Shown: positions 17,130-25,597 of the stretch, piece by piece
Numbering within the stretch: position 1 is the stretch's first letter
Layout of the letters: every line of letters starts with the position of its first letter
Origin: an uncultured Saprospiraceae bacterium
GTDB taxonomy: Bacteria; Bacteroidota; Bacteroidia; Chitinophagales; Saprospiraceae
Direction: 5' to 3'
NCBI GenBank assembly: GCA_937930625.1
Contig: CALHBW010000097.1
Location: forward strand, 1-38,174
DNA: 38,174 nt
The notes under the pieces: model-generated
The model's database searches: none
Told to the model about the DNA's origin: nothing
What the model saw: only the letters and a program-made list of their open reading frames with translations
Program-made: the position numbers and the translations under genes

Positions 17130-17214
17130 GTGCTAATGCGGACTATTCCGCTTTTCGCACGTTTTTGAATGATTTTATTTATTAATTTGGTAGCTGTTCG
17201 CTTTTAAAGCGGTG

Positions 17215-17246
17215 CAAAGGTAGAAATTTATTTTCGATAATCCAAA
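17215..17246 (-). promoter_or_regulatory. Candidate Bacteroidota sigma-A promoter for the S10 operon
   Basis: The minus strand reads TTTG (17246-17243), a 20-nt spacer, then TACCTTTG (17222-17215). This matches the TTTG-N19-21-TAnnTTTG consensus. It lies about 140 nt upstream of the rpsJ ATG. Confidence 0.55.
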
Positions 17247-17302
17247 ACCTCATTAGCTTTTTTTATAGTATTTATGAGGAATGTTTTTGTATTGAGTTTT
17301 GA

Positions 17303-17489
17303 TTACAATTTTCGTTTCAAATCAGCTATCAAGGATTGCATCTGCGAGCCACGATAGTCAAGGGTTTCGCGTAAGTATTCGATGTAATCTTCGGCTTTCA
17401 CACCTGTTGATTGGGTTAGCTTTCAGTGGTTTTTTTTCAATTTCTATGGAATTTATTTTTTCAACACGACCAATATTACCAAAAGACAT
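17303..17489 (-). pseudogene. Possible frameshifted remnant of a ~60-aa small protein
   Basis: From the ATG at 17489, frame A reads MSFGNIGRVEKINSIEIEKKPLKANPINR.. then turns unnatural and stops at 17358. A second frame (offset by one nt) reads ..VKAEDYIEYLRETLDYRGSQMQSLIADLKRKL* with its stop at 17303-17305. An A8 homopolymer lies upstream of the junction. Confidence 0.3.
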
Positions 17490-17633
17490 AATTAAATAAG
17501 ATTGTAAACAAATACAAATATACAAAAAAAGCCCCACCAAAACACGCCCTTTCCGAATGATGTTTTTTAGCTAAAAAGCACCCAAAACCGACAATTCAAT
17601 CCCGAATTTCGTATCTTACACAAAAATACAGAC

Positions 17634-17870
17634 ATGGAATTATTGCAACGCATTACGATAGACCCACAAATATCGCATGGCAAGCCCGTCATACGCGGTA
17701 TGCGTTATCCGGTGGAGAGTATCTTGGAATATCTTGCCGGAGGTGATACGATTGAGGATATTTTGGCAGAATTTGAGGATTTAGAGCATGAAGATATACT
17801 TGCTTGTATTGCTTATGCCGCTGCCGCTATTAAAACCAAAAGCATCTTGGTTACTGACATCGCCGCCTGA
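17634..17870 (+). CDS. DUF433-family antitoxin-like protein
   Basis: 78 aa, ..ITIDPQISHGKPVIRGMRYPVESILEYLAGGDTIEDILAEFEDLEHEDILACIAYAA, a typical DUF433 pattern. The stop is followed 1 nt later by the partner's ATG. Confidence 0.85.
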   Translation: MELLQRITIDPQISHGKPVIRGMRYPVESILEYLAGGDTIEDILAEFEDLEHEDILACIAYAAAAIKTKSILVTDIAA

Positions 17871-17871
17871 T

Positions 17872-18225
17872 ATGATTTTTATTATTGATGCTCACTTACC
17901 GCGTGTAATTGTCCGGCAAATCGAAGCACTCGGACACGAAGCGGTACACACTTCCGACTTGGAAATGGGTAATAAAACACCCGACAAACTCATCACCGAA
18001 CTCGCTGTAGAACGCATGGCAACTGTTATCAGTAAAGACACCGATTTTTACAATACTTTCCTGCTACACCGCCAACCGCCTAAACTCATTATGGTCAAAG
18101 TCGGTAATATGCGCCTTCGGGAGTTGAGCGCACTCTTTGAAATTTCACTGCCCAAACTCATTGAAGCCCTTGCCGGATATGATTTGATTGAACTGCATCG
18201 GGATAAAATTATTGGGATAGATTAA
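17872..18225 (+). CDS. DUF5615-family (PIN-like) toxin-like protein
   Basis: ORF 17788..18225 trimmed to the Met at 17872: MIFIIDAHLPRVIVRQIEALGHEAVHTSDL..., 117 aa. DUF433/DUF5615 pairs are a known predicted type II TA arrangement. Confidence 0.8.
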   Translation: MIFIIDAHLPRVIVRQIEALGHEAVHTSDLEMGNKTPDKLITELAVERMATVISKDTDFYNTFLLHRQPPKLIMVKVGNMRLRELSALFEISLPKLIEALAGYDLIELHRDKIIGID

Positions 18226-18235
18226 TTTGTCAAAG

Positions 18236-18724
18236 TTAAAACGGAGAATTTTTATCCTCAATAAGCCACCAATACCTGCCCAATCTTCTTTTTCTACCTT
18301 GCATACTTTTATAATGAAAAGATAGTTCTTCTGTTTCCTCATAAACAAGATAGATATTAATTTCATCTAAAAGAGGATGTTTTGAAGGAATAAAATCTAA
18401 ATAAAATTCAAAACTATTTTTTTCATGGGTTAATAAAACAGTATCAAACAAGTCTAATGAAAATATTTCCTCAAGCGTATCCTGTTGCTGTGAAAAACAT
18501 CCTCTCATAAGTCCGCGATAGCTTATTTGTAAATAGTTTTTGTCAATTGCACATGGAGACATCATGAGTTCCTTGTGCGCTTCTTTAAGGTAGTTTTTAA
18601 TACTGCTGAAATTTTCCTTATTATCATTGTAATGCGTAATATAGGTGTTAAAATTGTGGGCATTACTACATGCGTTTACGATGAAGAGTAAGATGACAAA
18701 TAAGCCGTACTTTAGTTGATTCAT
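18236..18724 (-). CDS. Hypothetical lipoprotein
   Basis: 162 aa. N-terminal signal MNQLKYGLFVILLFIVNAC with a lipobox-like Cys. No family recognised. AT-rich. Convergent with the TA toxin (10-nt gap). Confidence 0.6.
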   Translation of the reverse strand: MNQLKYGLFVILLFIVNACSNAHNFNTYITHYNDNKENFSSIKNYLKEAHKELMMSPCAIDKNYLQISYRGLMRGCFSQQQDTLEEIFSLDLFDTVLLTHEKNSFEFYLDFIPSKHPLLDEINIYLVYEETEELSFHYKSMQGRKRRLGRYWWLIEDKNSPF

Positions 18725-18740
18725 TGGTATTTTAGTTAGT

Positions 18741-18782
18741 AAAAAATAGAAAAAGCCGAACCACTAAAAGTAGTCCGGCTTT
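18741..18782 (-). terminator. Rho-independent terminator after fusA
   Basis: The minus strand reads aaagccggac-11 nt-gttcggcttt (10-bp stem, 1 mismatch) followed by TTTTCTATTTTTT. A second 7-bp hairpin attgagc-aaat-gctcaat lies at 18797..18814, directly after the stop. Confidence 0.7.
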
Positions 18783-18820
18783 CCGTATAAATTCAAATTG
18801 AGCAAATGCTCAATGTCATC

Positions 18821-20944
18821 TTAACTCTTAGCTTCCTCAATAATTTTCTCTGCCAAGTTCTTAGGAACATTAGCGTAGTGAGAAAATTCCATAGAAGAGT
18901 TGGCTCTACCTGATGTGATAGTACGTAACTGTGTCACGTAACCAAACATCTCCGAAAGTGGCACTTCAGCCGTAATCGAAACTGCACCTCCTGTACGTGG
19001 CTCTTGCCCTTTGGGCATTCCACGACGGCGGTTGAGGTCACCGATTACGTTACCGGTGTATTCTTCCGGTGTGATGATTTCGACCTTCATGATAGGCTCT
19101 TGTATAACTGAACCGGCTTTTCCGGCAGCAGCTTTGAAGCCTTCTTTTGCACAAAGCTCGAAGGCAATTGGCTTAGAATCCACTGCGTGCATGCCACCGT
19201 CATATACTCTGACTTTCATAGAATCAATGGTGAATCCGGCAAGTACACCGTTTTCCATCATTGCGAGGAAACCGTCTTTGATGGGTTTTTGGTAGTTTTT
19301 ATCAATAGAACCACCTGTGATTCCCCATTCAAATTCGAGTTTCTCTTTGCCTGATTTGAACTCATCGCTTTCTAAAAACTCTGCACTCGCAGGGCTGAGT
19401 TCGAATGACATATCGGCGAAAAGACCGGAACCACCTGATTGTTTTTTCAAACGCTCGCGGTGATCGACCACTTTTGTCAGAGCCTCTTTATAATTTACCT
19501 GCGGTTGTCCTTGATTACATTCGACGCCAAACTCACGACGGAGACGGTCAACGATAATTTCCAAGTGCAACTCACCCATACCACTAATAATGGTCTGGCT
19601 AGAGTGTTCGTCTGTACGTACTTTGAAGGTTGGGTCTTCTTCAGCTAATTTACCTAAGCCCAAGCCCAATTTATCAAAGTCTTTCTGCGACTTCGGTTCT
19701 ACTGCGATAGAGATAACCGGGTCAGGGAAGGTCATATCTTCCAAGACGATTGGGTGTTTCTCATCACATAATGTATCCCCTGTACGGATGTTTTTAAAAC
19801 CAACACCTGCTGCAATATCTCCTGCTTCTACGCGGTCAATCGGGTTTTGCTTATTGGAGTGCATTTGGTAAATACGTGAGATACGCTCTTTTTTGCCGGA
19901 GCGTGTATTTTTCACATACGAACCTGCATCCAAAACACCCGAATAAACACGGAAGAAACACAAACGACCTACGTATGGGTCAGTCGCAATTTTGAATGCC
20001 AAAGCTGCGAAAGGCTCATCTACGTTTGGTTTGCGTAGGAGTGGTTCATCTGTATCAGGATGTGTACCTTCTACTGCATCAATATCAAGTGGTGATGGCA
20101 AGAAAGCACAAACGGCATCCAATAATAACTGTACGCCTTTGTTTTTGAAGGCAGAACCGCACATCATCGGAATGATTTTCATATCAATGACCGCCGCACG
20201 AATCGCATCACGCATATCCTGACGAGTGATAGAATCCGGGTCTTCGAAGAATTTTTCGAGCAACTCATCGTCGTATTCAGCAATTTGCTCTACGAGATTT
20301 GCGCGGTATTTGGCTACATCATCGGCAATGTCAGCAGGAATATCGATGGTGTCAAACTCCATTCCCATTGATTCATCTTTCCAAACAATCGCCTGATTGT
20401 CGAGCAAGTCAACAACGCCTCTAAATTCATGCTCCGAACCAATCGGATAAACAATCGGCACTGGATTGGCACCAAGTTTTTCTTTGACTTGATTACAAAC
20501 ATCAAAGAAATCAGCCCCTGAACGGTCCATTTTATTGACAAAACCAATACGCGGTACTTTGTAGCGGTCAGCCTGACGCCAAACGGTTTCAGACTGTGGC
20601 TCTACACCACCTACCGCACAGAACAAAGCCACTGTACCATCCAATACACGCAAAGAACGCTCTACCTCTACGGTAAAGTCAACGTGACCGGGAGTATCAA
20701 TGATATTGAGTGAAAACTCTTTATTGTCCCATTGCCATTCAGTCTTGGTAGCTGCAGAAGTAATCGTGATACCACGCTCCTGCTCCTGCTCCATCCAGTC
20801 CATTGTCGCACCACCGTCGTGTACTTCACCGATTTTGTGCGTCAATCCTGTGTAATAAAGGATACGCTCCGTCGTCGTAGTTTTACCTGCGTCAATGTGG
20901 GCAGCGATACCTATATTTCTTGTGTATTTAAGATCCTTAGCCAT
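18821..20944 (-). CDS. fusA: Elongation factor G
   Basis: 707 aa, ...[24 protein letters not shown]...DTPGHVDF.... Confidence 0.98.
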   Translation of the reverse strand: MAKDLKYTRNIGIAAHIDAGKTTTTERILYYTGLTHKIGEVHDGGATMDWMEQEQERGITITSAATKTEWQWDNKEFSLNIIDTPGHVDFTVEVERSLRVLDGTVALFCAVGGVEPQSETVWRQADRYKVPRIGFVNKMDRSGADFFDVCNQVKEKLGANPVPIVYPIGSEHEFRGVVDLLDNQAIVWKDESMGMEFDTIDIPADIADDVAKYRANLVEQIAEYDDELLEKFFEDPDSITRQDMRDAIRAAVIDMKIIPMMCGSAFKNKGVQLLLDAVCAFLPSPLDIDAVEGTHPDTDEPLLRKPNVDEPFAALAFKIATDPYVGRLCFFRVYSGVLDAGSYVKNTRSGKKERISRIYQMHSNKQNPIDRVEAGDIAAGVGFKNIRTGDTLCDEKHPIVLEDMTFPDPVISIAVEPKSQKDFDKLGLGLGKLAEEDPTFKVRTDEHSSQTIISGMGELHLEIIVDRLRREFGVECNQGQPQVNYKEALTKVVDHRERLKKQSGGSGLFADMSFELSPASAEFLESDEFKSGKEKLEFEWGITGGSIDKNYQKPIKDGFLAMMENGVLAGFTIDSMKVRVYDGGMHAVDSKPIAFELCAKEGFKAAAGKAGSVIQEPIMKVEIITPEEYTGNVIGDLNRRRGMPKGQEPRTGGAVSITAEVPLSEMFGYVTQLRTITSGRANSSMEFSHYANVPKNLAEKIIEEAKS

Positions 20945-20957
20945 TGCTTTTATTTCT

Positions 20958-21270
20958 AATGAGTAAATGAGTGTCCCGATAGCTATCGGGATGAATGAGT
21001 GAATATTTTCCCTTCATATTTTTTTTAAATAAATTCAAAATTTTCACTCAATAAATTCTTTTAATTTAAAATCTAATTAGCTGTTATTCATCACAAACAA
21101 AATTATTGTTGGCAACAGATAACTCACATTAAATTAAAGTTAAGTTTTTCAATAAGGTCTTATTAAAATTTAAAATGATATTTACCATGTGGCAAATATC
21201 ATTTTAAAACTTGTATTTATATTGTACGAGAGAATTGGCGATTTTGATTCATTCACCCATTCACTCATTA
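20958..21270. repeat. GAATGAGT-word arms flanking a ~240-nt interior (fusA|rpsG gap)
   Basis: taatgagtaaatgagtg (20957-20973) versus cacccattcactcatta (21254-21270), about 15/17. The left arm carries palindrome copy 2 (20966..20995). The interior holds a 15-bp AT stem at 21169..21208. Confidence 0.7.
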
Positions 21271-21276
21271 AACCAA

Positions 21277-21741
21277 TTATCTGTAATGAGCAAATGCTCT
21301 GTTGGACTCTGCCATACGGTGGGTATCTTCTTTCCGCTTTACGGCTGCACCTTCACCTTTGGCTGCTGCCATGATTTCGGCAGCTAATTTTTGAGCCATT
21401 CCTTTACCGCTTCTTTTGCGCGCAAATTCTATCATCCACTTCATTCCCTTTGAAATTTTGGTGGCAGGACGAATTTCGGTCGGAATTTGGAAAGTAGCAC
21501 CACCGATACGACGGCTTCGTACTGCAATTCCTGGCATGACGTTGTTCAAAGCTTTTTTCCAAATGTCGTGTGGATTATTACCTGTTTTTTCGGCAACTAT
21601 ATCCATTGCATCATAAAAAACTGTGAACGCGACATTTTTCTTTCCGCTTTTCATCATGTTGTTGACGAATTGAGTGACCATTGGGTCATTGTATCTCGTA
21701 TCCGGCAACAGCGTCCGCGGTTTTGGCTTCCTTTTTCTCAT
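21277..21741 (-). CDS. rpsG: 30S ribosomal protein S7
   Basis: 154 aa, [35 protein letters not shown].... Confidence 0.97.
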   Translation of the reverse strand: MRKRKPKPRTLLPDTRYNDPMVTQFVNNMMKSGKKNVAFTVFYDAMDIVAEKTGNNPHDIWKKALNNVMPGIAVRSRRIGGATFQIPTEIRPATKISKGMKWMIEFARKRSGKGMAQKLAAEIMAAAKGEGAAVKRKEDTHRMAESNRAFAHYR

Positions 21742-21820
21742 AATTAAATTGTAATAGAGGAACGCTAATTAAAAATTCAAGTAAAAACAATCACTTTACT
21801 TCGCGTTCATAATTAATAAA

Positions 21821-22195
21821 TTACTTTTTAGGTCGTTTTGCACCGTACTTAGATCGGCTTTGAAGGCGTCCGTCCACACCAGCAGTATCTAATGCACCGC
21901 GTACAATGGTGTAACGTACACCCGGCAAGTCTTTCACCCTACCTCCGCGAATCAACACAATAGAGTGCTCTTGCAGATTGTGTCCCTCACCGGGAATGTA
22001 GGCGATAACCTCAATACCGTTGGTCAAACGTACCTTAGCGACTTTACGAAGGGCAGAATTCGGCTTCTTAGGCGTCGTCGTATATACACGAGTGCATACA
22101 CCACGCTTTTGCGGGCAAGAATCCAATGCTCTGGATTTGCTGGCAACTTTGATTTGTTTTCTACCCTTGCGAACGAGTTGATTAATCGTAGGCAT
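21821..22195 (-). CDS. rpsL: 30S ribosomal protein S12
   Basis: 124 aa, [14 protein letters not shown]...[11 protein letters not shown].... Confidence 0.98.
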   Translation of the reverse strand: MPTINQLVRKGRKQIKVASKSRALDSCPQKRGVCTRVYTTTPKKPNSALRKVAKVRLTNGIEVIAYIPGEGHNLQEHSIVLIRGGRVKDLPGVRYTIVRGALDTAGVDGRLQSRSKYGAKRPKK

Positions 22196-22209
22196 GTTAA
22201 TTAATTTTT

Positions 22210-22284
22210 AAAAATTCCAAAAAACAAATTCCAAAAAACAATTGAAGCACGTTTTGGAATTTAGTGCTTGAAATTTGGAAATTT
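22210..22284. repeat. TTCCAAA-word hairpin in the rpsL 5' leader
   Basis: aaattccaaaaaacaaattccaaaaaac..gaagcac-gttttggaattta-gtgcttg-aaatttggaaattt. Contains the 21-nt motif at 22214-22234. Confidence 0.8.
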
Positions 22285-22352
22285 ACTTAGTTTTTGCTTG
22301 AAAATGAGGTGGTTTTATCCAAAAAACCTAGCCCTACCCTCGAAAGCGAGTG

Positions 22353-22383
22353 CAAAGATAGGGTTTTTTGTTGATAAATCAAA
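22353..22383 (-). promoter_or_regulatory. Candidate Bacteroidota sigma-A promoter for the str operon
   Basis: The minus strand reads TTTG (22383-22380), a 19-nt spacer, then TATCTTTG (22360-22353). It lies about 160 nt upstream of the rpsL ATG, so the TTCCAAA hairpin would fall in the 5' UTR. Confidence 0.55.
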
Positions 22384-22442
22384 TAGTCGGCAGATATTTT
22401 ATAATGGGTAATCCTGAACATTGTCGTTGCTTGCTTAACCAG

Positions 22443-22607
22443 AACCGTCTTTCTGAATTTATTTCAGAATCTCCTAAGCCACAAGCACAATATTAAGTGT
22501 GAGTTTAAATTTTCGCACCTTACTCATAACCAATAAGTTATGGACTTTTGTTCAGTATTGGCTTTCTATCGTCCGGGAGATTCTGAAATAAATTCAGAAA
22601 GACGGTT
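22443..22607. repeat. 32-bp perfect inverted repeat flanking 101 bp (MITE-like or structured RNA)
   Basis: aaccgtctttctgaatttatttcagaatctcc (22443-22474) is the exact reverse complement of 22576-22607. Each arm holds its own hairpin ttctgaa-tttat-ttcagaa. Followed by gcttttgttttttttttatttt. Confidence 0.9.
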
Positions 22608-22767
22608 GCTTTTGTTTTTTTTTATTTTGAGTGATCGCCACCGTTTTATGATATACTCAATTTAAATCAAAAAAACCGCCATATGGTTTCCTATCCCCTA
22701 CTTAAAATTTACCTTTACCGATATTTTACAATATAAACATATTTCACACAAAAATATCGGCTAAATC

Positions 22768-23565
22768 ATGAAGTTACTCGAAGGAAAAAAGGGCATCATC
22801 TTCGGTGCATTGGACGACAAATCTATTGCTTGGAAAGTTGCGGAAAGTTGCGTAGCACATGGTGCGAAAATCACTTTGACGAATGCCCCCGTTGCACTGC
22901 GTTTTGGTACAATCAATGAACTGGGCGAAAAACTCAATGCTGAAATTATCCCCGCTGATGCGACAAACCTCGAAGACCTCGAAAACCTCCTCACCAAATC
23001 TATGGAAATACTCGGTGGCAAGGTCGATTTTATATTACATTCGATTGGGATGTCTGTCAATGTTCGCAAAAAACGCGAATATACCAACATCAAATACGAG
23101 TGGATGCAAAAGACCTTCGACATCTCCGCCATTTCCTTCCATAAGCTCATGCAAACCACACTCAAACTCGACGCTATCAATGATTGGGGGTCGGTACTCG
23201 CGCTGACGTACATTGCCGCGCAACGCACCTTCCCCGACTACAACGAGATGGCAGAGTCAAAAGCCTTGTTGGAATCTTTTGCACGGAGTTTTGGTTATCA
23301 TTTTGGCGACCAAAAAAAGGTGCGTGTCAATACCATTTCACAATCTCCTACTATGACTACCGCCGGTAGCGGCGTGAAGGGATTCGACGAATTTTTCGGT
23401 TATGCCGACCGCATGTCGCCACTTGGCAACGCCACCGCCGAAGCTTGTGCCGACTACTGCGTCACCATGTTTTCTGACCTTACACGATACGTGACCATGC
23501 AAAATCTTTATCACGATGGCGGCTTTTCTATGATGGGAATGAGTGAGAAGGTATTAAAAGGATAA
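22768..23565 (+). CDS. fabI: Enoyl-ACP reductase (NADH), FabI
   Basis: 265 aa, MKLLEGKKGIIFGALDDKSIAWKVAE...NAPVALRFG...SIGMS...Y...K pattern of FabI-type SDRs. Confidence 0.9.
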   Translation: MKLLEGKKGIIFGALDDKSIAWKVAESCVAHGAKITLTNAPVALRFGTINELGEKLNAEIIPADATNLEDLENLLTKSMEILGGKVDFILHSIGMSVNVRKKREYTNIKYEWMQKTFDISAISFHKLMQTTLKLDAINDWGSVLALTYIAAQRTFPDYNEMAESKALLESFARSFGYHFGDQKKVRVNTISQSPTMTTAGSGVKGFDEFFGYADRMSPLGNATAEACADYCVTMFSDLTRYVTMQNLYHDGGFSMMGMSEKVLKG

Positions 23566-23576
23566 ATAGGTATCTA

Positions 23577-23597
23577 GGGCAAGGCATGTCCTTGCCC
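23577..23597 (+). terminator. GC-rich stem-loop after fabI
   Basis: gggcaagg-catgt-ccttgccc (8-bp stem), 12 nt after the fabI stop. The following sequence is T-rich but not a clean U-run. Confidence 0.5.
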
Positions 23598-23606
23598 CTA
23601 CTGCTA

Positions 23607-23725
23607 TTATTCGTTGACTCGTTATTCGTTTTTTAACTAAAAAAAAATCAATAACTTAATGTAATTTTTAGTTTTTGGTCATCCATCTAACTTTACCTAA
23701 AGCGAATACTCGTCAGACGAATCAC
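23607..23725. repeat. CGAATAA-word element after fabI
   Basis: Left arm ttattcgttgactcgttattcg; right arm gcgaatactcgtcagacgaatcac. The first 34 nt are identical to 32697-32730, and similarity continues to about 64 nt. Confidence 0.85.
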
Positions 23726-23834
23726 TTTATTCAGTGCGAATATTTTATGAGACAAATCACTACATTTCACAAAAAACCTTCGTCAGACGAGTGCGCCCCA
23801 CAACTTGAGTTCGGCAAATTCTTATTCTTATTTT

Positions 23835-23864
23835 AAGTTGAAGTTGAAGTTGCGGTTGAAGTTC
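23835..23864. repeat. One-armed GAAGTT hexamer array
   Basis: aagttgaagttgaagttgcggttgaagttc abuts the stop codon of the 23865 gene. Confidence 0.8.
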
Positions 23865-24965
23865 TCACACTTTCACAATAATATTCTTGCGATGCAGTAC
23901 ATAAGCGAATAACCAAACAAACATTGTAAAACAAAAAGCAAAGGCAAAACTCGCCAACTTAGGAGAGAAAATTGCCGAGAAAACATCCGAATACAAGTAA
24001 GCATATAAATTGGTATCGCCCCATTTGATGACTTGCAAAAACAGCTTCACAAATACCCCGGACAGAATGTAACTAAACAATGGATTTTTGCCAAATACCC
24101 GAAAAATCCACGCCCATTTTACCAGTTGCCGTTTATCCACGACTTCTATCAACACCAATAATAATGCAGTAACAATCGCCGAAGTATAAATCACATAAGA
24201 ACCTGTCCATAAGGGTTTATTGATGGGTAAAATGAAATTCCACAATTTAGCGACAACAAATAATCCTAGGGATAAATACAAAACATGAAGGATTCTTTTG
24301 TTGGTATTTTCCTGATGTTTAAATAAATATTTACCTATCAAATATCCGATTAATACCTGACTCATACCTGTAAGCGTACCCAACAAACCTTCCGGGTCAA
24401 ATGGCATTCCAAAACCACCATAAACATGCTTTTCACCCACAAGGAAATTATCAATATACCGACCTATATTATGCTCTAAAGCATACGGATCATTCCCTCC
24501 AAAAAAATACAAAATACCCCAATGAAGCAACAACAGCAACACCGCCGCAGCAATCAACCAATTCCTTTTTTTCAATAATACAATCAAAATCCCCGCGCCA
24601 AAAAACGAAAGCGCGATACGCTGCAAGACCCCAAAAATCCTCAATTCAGAAGGCGGTGTAAGGTAAAACGGAAACCAATTCAACAACAGCCCAATTAAAA
24701 ATATCAGTCCTGCCCGAACGGTGATTTTCTTCATTAATTTGCCGGAATCCGCCGTATCCAAATTCCGAAATGACTGCGACATCGACAAGCCCACTACGAA
24801 TAAAAACGAAGGAAAAACAAGGTCGGTCAAAGTACATCCGTGCCACTTGGCGTGCAGCAAAGGCGCATATACATGCGACCAAGACCCCGGCGTATTGACG
24901 ATAATCATCAGAAAAATAGTCAGCCCCCGGAGTACGTCGATAGAGATAATTCGTTTTGGATTCAT
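23865..24965 (-). CDS. Membrane acyltransferase, DUF5009/DUF1624 (heparan-alpha-glucosaminide N-acetyltransferase-like)
   Basis: 366 aa polytopic. The N-terminus RIISIDVLRGLTIFLMIIVNTPGSWSHVYAPLLHAKWHGCTLTDLVFPSFLFVVG is characteristic of this family. Confidence 0.75.
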   Translation of the reverse strand: MNPKRIISIDVLRGLTIFLMIIVNTPGSWSHVYAPLLHAKWHGCTLTDLVFPSFLFVVGLSMSQSFRNLDTADSGKLMKKITVRAGLIFLIGLLLNWFPFYLTPPSELRIFGVLQRIALSFFGAGILIVLLKKRNWLIAAAVLLLLLHWGILYFFGGNDPYALEHNIGRYIDNFLVGEKHVYGGFGMPFDPEGLLGTLTGMSQVLIGYLIGKYLFKHQENTNKRILHVLYLSLGLFVVAKLWNFILPINKPLWTGSYVIYTSAIVTALLLVLIEVVDKRQLVKWAWIFRVFGKNPLFSYILSGVFVKLFLQVIKWGDTNLYAYLYSDVFSAIFSPKLASFAFAFCFTMFVWLFAYVLHRKNIIVKV

Positions 24966-25088
24966 AGCGAAATGGTATAAATGTAATTTGAAGTTAAATA
25001 TAGAATAATTTTAATGAATTTTATGATCATTCATAAGCAGATGTATCAAAACGAAGGATGACAGCAAAGGTGAATGACAAATCATTCG

Positions 25089-25096
25089 TATCTTTG
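25089..25096 (+). promoter_or_regulatory. Possible -7 box (TATCTTTG) for the 25148 cassette
   Basis: Exact TAnnTTTG match 52 nt upstream of the ATG at 25148. No clear -33 TTTG. Confidence 0.3.
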
Positions 25097-25147
25097 CCCT
25101 TGCAAACAAGTCGAAAAAATCATAAATTGAGCAAAAAGACTATAAGT

Positions 25148-25588
25148 ATGAATACAAAAGTCGGCGATTACAAACATAAAATTGAATTAAACGGTAAAGT
25201 CATACACACTTTGCCCAATAGTTTATTGTCTTTACAAAAATCAATAGAAAAATCGAAATATATCCTTGATTTACAGCCAAATTGGGATGGAGAAAACGCA
25301 GAGGCTTACACCGAAACTACATGGATAAAAGCGGTGTCTTTTCTCTGTGAATTTTCCATTGACATCTCTAATACTTTCGCAAAAACACCTGTCACACCTG
25401 CTATTTATCACGGACCGGAAGGTAGCATTGATATTTTATGGAAAACAAACGATCTCAATTTGCTGCTCAACATTCCCAAAGGTGAACAACCTGCCACGTT
25501 TTCAGGCGAAAATTCATTAGGACAAGAATATGAAGGCAGCCTGAATATCAATAATTACAGTTTATCGTTTTTACCTCATCCTTTTTAA
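25148..25588 (+). CDS. Hypothetical protein (146 aa)
   Basis: ORF 25058..25588. The start is probably Met31 (25148), downstream of the -7 box. Contains ..LQPNWDGENAEAY...HGPEGSIDILW.... No family recognised by eye. Confidence 0.6.
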   Translation: MNTKVGDYKHKIELNGKVIHTLPNSLLSLQKSIEKSKYILDLQPNWDGENAEAYTETTWIKAVSFLCEFSIDISNTFAKTPVTPAIYHGPEGSIDILWKTNDLNLLLNIPKGEQPATFSGENSLGQEYEGSLNINNYSLSFLPHPF

Positions 25589-25597
25589 GTTATTTTT

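Noticed and set aside
17138-17155. gcgga-ctat-tccgc followed by TTTT as a plus-strand terminator.
   Set aside because: No plus-strand gene ends upstream of it. It lies in the minus-strand rpsJ leader, where the run reads as A's before the stem. It is recorded only as a leader hairpin.
17299-17499. Plus-strand 66-aa ORF and the full minus-strand 60-aa ORF 17358..17540.
   Set aside because: Hydrophobic or odd composition and no start context. The region is better explained as a decayed small gene (see the pseudogene call).
17078-18820. Absence of tuf between fusA and rpsJ, and of adk between secY and map, as gene loss.
   Set aside because: Both absences are the normal Bacteroidota arrangement (tuf sits with secE-nusG elsewhere). 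Only the inserted TA/lipoprotein block is unusual.
21742-21820. Possible hairpin gaacgc...gcgttc in the rpsL|rpsG gap.
   Set aside because: Only a 6-bp stem with a ~40-nt loop, which is indistinguishable from chance.
58-22195. Dozens of 60-146 aa ORFs antisense to or out of frame with the r-protein genes, secY, fusA, hutH, recN and others (e.g. 14..334, 3926..4228, 9666..10106, 13951..14331, 22761..23228, 31510..32004).
   Set aside because: Each is fully embedded in a confidently identified gene on the other strand or frame. They are typical shadow ORFs.
22621-22767. Promoter for fabI (TACCTTTA, TATTTTGA-like strings).
   Set aside because: No exact TAnnTTTG match with a properly spaced TTTG, so it is not called.
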